Source of the DNA: Candidatus Bathyarchaeota archaeon | GTDB lineage: Archaea > Thermoproteota > Bathyarchaeia > Bathyarchaeales > Bathycorpusculaceae | Length of the DNA stretch: 64,000 bases | NCBI GenBank assembly: GCA_963828195.1 | Contig: CAWHDT010000007.1 | Location: 160,001 to 224,000 of the forward strand | Direction: 5' to 3' | Shown here: positions 60,022-64,000 of the stretch, one piece after another | How positions within the stretch are numbered: position 1 is the first letter of the stretch | Layout of the letters: every line of letters starts with the position of its first letter | Made by a program: the position numbers and the translations under genes | The notes under the pieces: model-generated | Told to the model about the DNA's origin: nothing | Seen by the model: the letters and a program-made list of their open reading frames with translations, nothing else | Database searches by the model: none

Positions 60022-62235
60022 CTAAGCAACTGGCGTTGCTGGCTTTTGTACTTGTCGGATTTGCTGCATAAAGCTTTTGTACCATTTCTCCATGTCGGGA
60101 GTTATTGACGGACCCATTTCTTTCTGTGCATCGAGGAAATCTTTCATACTTACTTCTTGAGAGTTTACATCCCTTCTTAATGCGTGCATTGCGGCTTCCC
60201 TGCATAAGGATTCTATGTCGGCGCCGCCGTAGAACTTAGTCAATATTGCCAGCTGGTTCAAGTCAACGTCTTTGCAGATGGGCATGCCTTTAGTGTAGAT
60301 TTTTAATATTTGCAAGCGGCCTTTCTCGTCTGGTTCAGGTACGTAAATTAATCTGTCGAATCTTCCCGGGCGCATAACGGCGGAATCAACCATGTCAGGG
60401 CGGTTAGTCGCAGCGATAATTACAATGTCTTGCAGTGTTACTAGTCCATCCATTTCTGTTAGAAGCTGGCTTATTACCCTCTCTGAAACGCCGCTGTCAG
60501 ACATACCCATGCCACGTCTGGGCGTGATTGAGTCGATCTCATCTAAGAACACCACTGTAGGCGCTGCCATGCGGGCTTTGCGGAATATTTCGCGTATAGC
60601 TTTTTCTGATTCTCCAACCCATTTGGAGAAGACTTCAGGACCCTTAATTGAGATGAAGTTGGCTTCGCTTTCCGTTGCGACTGCTCGTGCTAACAGGGTT
60701 TTGCCGCAGCCTGGTGGGCCATAAAGCAGAATGCCTTTTGGCGGTCTAATTCCAAGCTTGGTGAATACTTCCGGGGTCTTCAGGGGCCACTCAACAGATT
60801 CCATAAGGTGCTGTTTTACATCGTCAAGTCCGCCTACGTCGTCCCAGTGAATAGTTGGGACTTCAATGTACACCTCTCGCATGGCTGTTGGTGTAATTTC
60901 TTTGTATGCGTTGTCAAAATCGCTCATTTGAACTTCCATTTTTTCAAGCACTGCAGGCGGAATGCGTTCTTCTTCAAGATTAATCTGCGGCAGGTACCTG
61001 CGTAATGCTTTCATGGCTGTTTCTCTGCCAAGTGCAGATAAGTCGGCTCCAGTGTAGCCATGAGTCATTTCGGCGAGGCGGTCAAGATTTACTCCTTCGT
61101 CTTTCTCTCCTTTGATTTTTTCTCCTTCTTTAGAGAGAGGTACAAGAGGCATTCCCCTTGTGTGTATCATAAGACATTCCAGTCTTCCTTTCTTGTCGGG
61201 AACGCCAATTTCAATTTCTCGGTCAAATCTTCCTGGCCTTCGCAATGCAGGATCAAGTGCGCTTGGGCGGTTGGTTGCGCCGATAACTATGACGTTTCCT
61301 CTTCCGCCTAAACCATCCATCAAAGCGAGGAGTTGGGCAACAACGCGCCTTTCAACTTCGCCAGTCACTTCTTCACGTTTAGGCGCTATAGCGTCAAGCT
61401 CATCGACGAATATGATGCTTGGAGCGTTTTGCTGGGCTTGCTGGAAAATCTCTCGCAGACGCGCTTCAGATTCCCCGTAGAATTTACTCATGATTTCTGG
61501 ACCGTTAATTGAGTAGAAGTTGGCTTCTGACTCGTTAGCGACTGCTCGGGCTAACAGGGTTTTGCCGCAGCCTGGCGGACCATGAAGCAGGACGCCTTTT
61601 GGCGGCTCTATTCCTAAGCGCTGGAAGAGTTCTGGGTGACGCAGCGGCAACTCAACCATTTCGCGGACCCGTTGGATTTCTTCATGTAAGCCGCCGATGT
61701 CTTCATAGGTGGTTCTTGGCAAGCCTTTGCCTTCAGGCGCCGGTTCGTTCAGAATGGTCAAACGTGTTTCAGATGTTACTTTTATTATGCCGTGGGGTCG
61801 AGTTTTGGAGACTGTGAATGGAATGGCGTGTCCCAGCATCATTACTAGGGTCGTGTCGCCCTCCACGAGGGTGCGTTCCATGAGGCGGTTCTTGACGAAG
61901 TTAGTGAAGTCTTCATCAACGTTTAAACGCATGTCCACTGGCGCAAGGGTTATGCTTAATGCCGTTTTGACTTTTGCCGGTCTCACCACAACATACTCGT
62001 TTATGGCTACTCCGCTGTTTTTGCGTGTGAAACCGTCAATGCGGATGATATCGCGGTTTTGGTCTTCACTGTAGGCTGGCCAAGCTATCGCTGACGTTGT
62101 GCGTTTATTTATTATCTCTATAACGTCTCCAGCGCTTATGCCAAGTTTCTGCATGGTTCGCTGGTCGATGCGGGCGATTCCTCTGCCCACATCTCTTTGC
62201 CTTGCGTCTCCGACACGTAATTGAACTTCGCTCAA
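60022..62235 (-). CDS. cdc48: Cdc48/VAT AAA+ ATPase
   Basis: N-domain and two [11 protein letters not shown] modules, RPGRFDR. Confidence 0.97.
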   Translation of the reverse strand: MSEVQLRVGDARQRDVGRGIARIDQRTMQKLGISAGDVIEIINKRTTSAIAWPAYSEDQNRDIIRIDGFTRKNSGVAINEYVVVRPAKVKTALSITLAPVDMRLNVDEDFTNFVKNRLMERTLVEGDTTLVMMLGHAIPFTVSKTRPHGIIKVTSETRLTILNEPAPEGKGLPRTTYEDIGGLHEEIQRVREMVELPLRHPELFQRLGIEPPKGVLLHGPPGCGKTLLARAVANESEANFYSINGPEIMSKFYGESEARLREIFQQAQQNAPSIIFVDELDAIAPKREEVTGEVERRVVAQLLALMDGLGGRGNVIVIGATNRPSALDPALRRPGRFDREIEIGVPDKKGRLECLMIHTRGMPLVPLSKEGEKIKGEKDEGVNLDRLAEMTHGYTGADLSALGRETAMKALRRYLPQINLEEERIPPAVLEKMEVQMSDFDNAYKEITPTAMREVYIEVPTIHWDDVGGLDDVKQHLMESVEWPLKTPEVFTKLGIRPPKGILLYGPPGCGKTLLARAVATESEANFISIKGPEVFSKWVGESEKAIREIFRKARMAAPTVVFLDEIDSITPRRGMGMSDSGVSERVISQLLTEMDGLVTLQDIVIIAATNRPDMVDSAVMRPGRFDRLIYVPEPDEKGRLQILKIYTKGMPICKDVDLNQLAILTKFYGGADIESLCREAAMHALRRDVNSQEVSMKDFLDAQKEMGPSITPDMEKWYKSFMQQIRQVQKPATPVA

Positions 62236-62381
62236 ACAGAATCCTCCAAATAATCTGATGCTAAAGATACATGTTTTAAAAAACCTTTATGACTATATAA
62301 ACTTTAAAGCGTAATGATTAATACTTTCAGGTGTTTGTTAGCCGGAACATTGCTGGTTCTTGTTTAAAATAAGAACTTTGG

Positions 62382-62666
62382 CTAATCTCTGCTGCTTCTT
62401 CGGACATACATGCATTGGGCTTGACTGACGCCTGGGATTTTGCCGAGTTTTTCCTCAAACTCGTCCACTATGCCGCCTTTGTCCTCTGGAAACTTTAGTT
62501 GAACAAGAAGCGCTACTAATCCGAAAGCTACTGGTTCCTCGCCGTACCCCTCGATTGACGCGAACTCTGGCTTAATGTTGTCAATTTGCTTTTTGAGGGC
62601 ATCAAAGTTTTCCACTATGTCTTCTGGAAAAACCTTGTAGGTTACAATAACGCTGCCCATATGCAT
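62382..62666 (-). CDS. ef1b: Elongation factor 1-beta
   Basis: KVFPE, EPVAFGL. Confidence 0.92.
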   Translation of the reverse strand: MHMGSVIVTYKVFPEDIVENFDALKKQIDNIKPEFASIEGYGEEPVAFGLVALLVQLKFPEDKGGIVDEFEEKLGKIPGVSQAQCMYVRRSSRD

Positions 62667-62672
62667 TCGCCT

Positions 62673-62861
62673 TTATGGCCCTGTAAAACCGCATTTTGGG
62701 CACTTGTATAAGCGGCCGAATTTGCGGCATTTTCCATCCCGTTTAATCTGGATTTCTCCGCAGTTGGGGCACAGGAATTTTGTGGATTCACTGCCCGGCG
62801 GAATCGGTTTGCCGCAGCTTGTGCAAGTAACCAAGGAAAGTGATGTTGCTCTTTCTGACAT
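62673..62861 (-). CDS. DUF1610 zinc-finger protein
   Basis: CTSC..FLCPNCG..YKCPKCGFTGP; next to EF-1beta. Confidence 0.9.
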   Translation of the reverse strand: MSERATSLSLVTCTSCGKPIPPGSESTKFLCPNCGEIQIKRDGKCRKFGRLYKCPKCGFTGP

Positions 62862-62964
62862 AACTACATCTCTTGCGGTTCTAAATGTAAGTCTCACTTA
62901 TATCTGCTATGCTGTGCTTTGCCGTAATCCACAGTTTTCCTGCGATTTACATGCAAATACACTG

Positions 62965-63270
62965 CTATTTTGCATTATTTGTTGAGCCCTTTGCCTGCTC
63001 GTTAGCACCAGCTAGAGCACGTTGATATCTCTCTTCAAGTTCTTCCTCATATGCCCCGTGAGGGTCTATTTCCTCATTATAATTGGTCTCTTTAGCTATC
63101 CTTCGAAACACTGCTAACGCGTCAAAAAAAGGTTTTATTACTATCTTGTCACCCTCTAGCCTAAAAGTAACCTCGGAGCCTGACTTTATTTTCAGGGCTG
63201 CCCGTATTGATTTTGGAATAGTAACCTGCCCTTTTGGGCCAACTTTCCTTTTCTCTTGCATCAATTTCAC
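62965..63270 (-). CDS. Orphan AbrB/MazE family antitoxin
   Basis: VGPKGQVTIPK. Confidence 0.85.
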   Translation of the reverse strand: MKLMQEKRKVGPKGQVTIPKSIRAALKIKSGSEVTFRLEGDKIVIKPFFDALAVFRRIAKETNYNEEIDPHGAYEEELEERYQRALAGANEQAKGSTNNAK

Positions 63271-63359
63271 GGCATATTAATTTAATGTCTTTAGGCTTTA
63301 AGAGCCATTCGCAAGTTTATTAAGAGGGCTTCTCGCCTAATTTTATTGTCGTGGTAATT

Positions 63360-64000
63360 TTGGGTGTAGACTTTAAGGATCTTGTTCCGAAAACCCCCGT
63401 TAAACTGGAAGATTTAGGCGGCAAAATCATCGCCATCGATGCTTACAACGCCATTTACCAGTTCCTCAGCATCATCCGCCAGCCCGACGGCACACCCCTC
63501 AAGGACAGCTCGGGAAAAGTTACCAGCCACCTCAGCGGCTTATTTTACCGTACAAGCAACCTTGTGGAAATGGGCATAAAACCAATTTACGTTTTCGACG
63601 GGATCCCGCCGACTTTGAAGGCAGCTGAGATTGAGAGACGCAGGCAAGTCAAGGTGGAAGCAGCCATGCACTACGAGAAAGCCGCGGCAAAAGGAGACAC
63701 CGAGAAGATGCGGATGTTTGCTCAAGCCACGTCAAGCATGAAAGATTACATGCAGGACGACAGCAAAAAACTGTTGGAGCTTATGGGTTTACCGTGGGTA
63801 CAAGCGCCCAGCGAAGGCGAAGCTCAAGCGGCGCGGATGACCAAATGCGGCGATGCTGATTACTGTGCAAGCCAAGACTATGACAGCCTGCTTTTTGGAG
63901 CACCCAGAATGCTGCGAAACATTACTATTTCGGGCAGACGTAAACGCGGTAACGCTTACGTCGAGGTGGTGCCTGAGGTGATGGAGCTATCAAAAACGTT
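63360..64000 (+). CDS. fen: Flap endonuclease 1 (partial, runs off window)
   Basis: TTG start MGVDFKDL, AIDAYN..YQFL, TSHLSG, APSEGEAQAA, SQDYD. Confidence 0.95.
   Translation, partial: MGVDFKDLVPKTPVKLEDLGGKIIAIDAYNAIYQFLSIIRQPDGTPLKDSSGKVTSHLSGLFYRTSNLVEMGIKPIYVFDGIPPTLKAAEIERRRQVKVEAAMHYEKAAAKGDTEKMRMFAQATSSMKDYMQDDSKKLLELMGLPWVQAPSEGEAQAARMTKCGDADYCASQDYDSLLFGAPRMLRNITISGRRKRGNAYVEVVPEVMELSKT

Noticed and set aside
60022-62235. Intein in Cdc48
   Set aside because: Normal length; only a short charged loop insertion and no splicing motifs

Overview
Archaeal chromosomal segment. Gene content (TFE-beta, Kae1/Bud32, Cdc48, proteasome beta, EF-1beta, FEN1, ADP-forming acetyl-CoA synthetase) suggests a TACK lineage, most plausibly Bathyarchaeia; this is inference, not a database result. 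Core blocks are a hisGDCBHAFI operon and a housekeeping block at about 47-64 kb. The most notable accessory element is a compact five-gene nitrogenase-like operon, nifH-nifB-nifD-nifK-nifV. It retains all P-cluster and cofactor ligands and has Vnf/Anf-like signatures, but has no nifEN, no G subunit and no nifI, and nifD appears to start at ATA. Its promoter shares a ~25-bp TATA-linked motif with the promoters of a neighbouring Lrp/RHH regulator pair and an unannotated 58-aa ORF. The window also holds a four-copy dispersed palindromic GAA/TTC non-coding repeat, integrase-less cargo cassettes bounded by tRNA 3'-end duplications (tRNA-iMet, tRNA-Val, plus orphan tRNA ends after TA modules), several intact or decayed TA modules, a DprA+PRTase (ShosTA-like) pair, and a BlaI/peptidase/ABC regulon with visible operators. 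All family calls come from motif recognition by eye; no searches were run.
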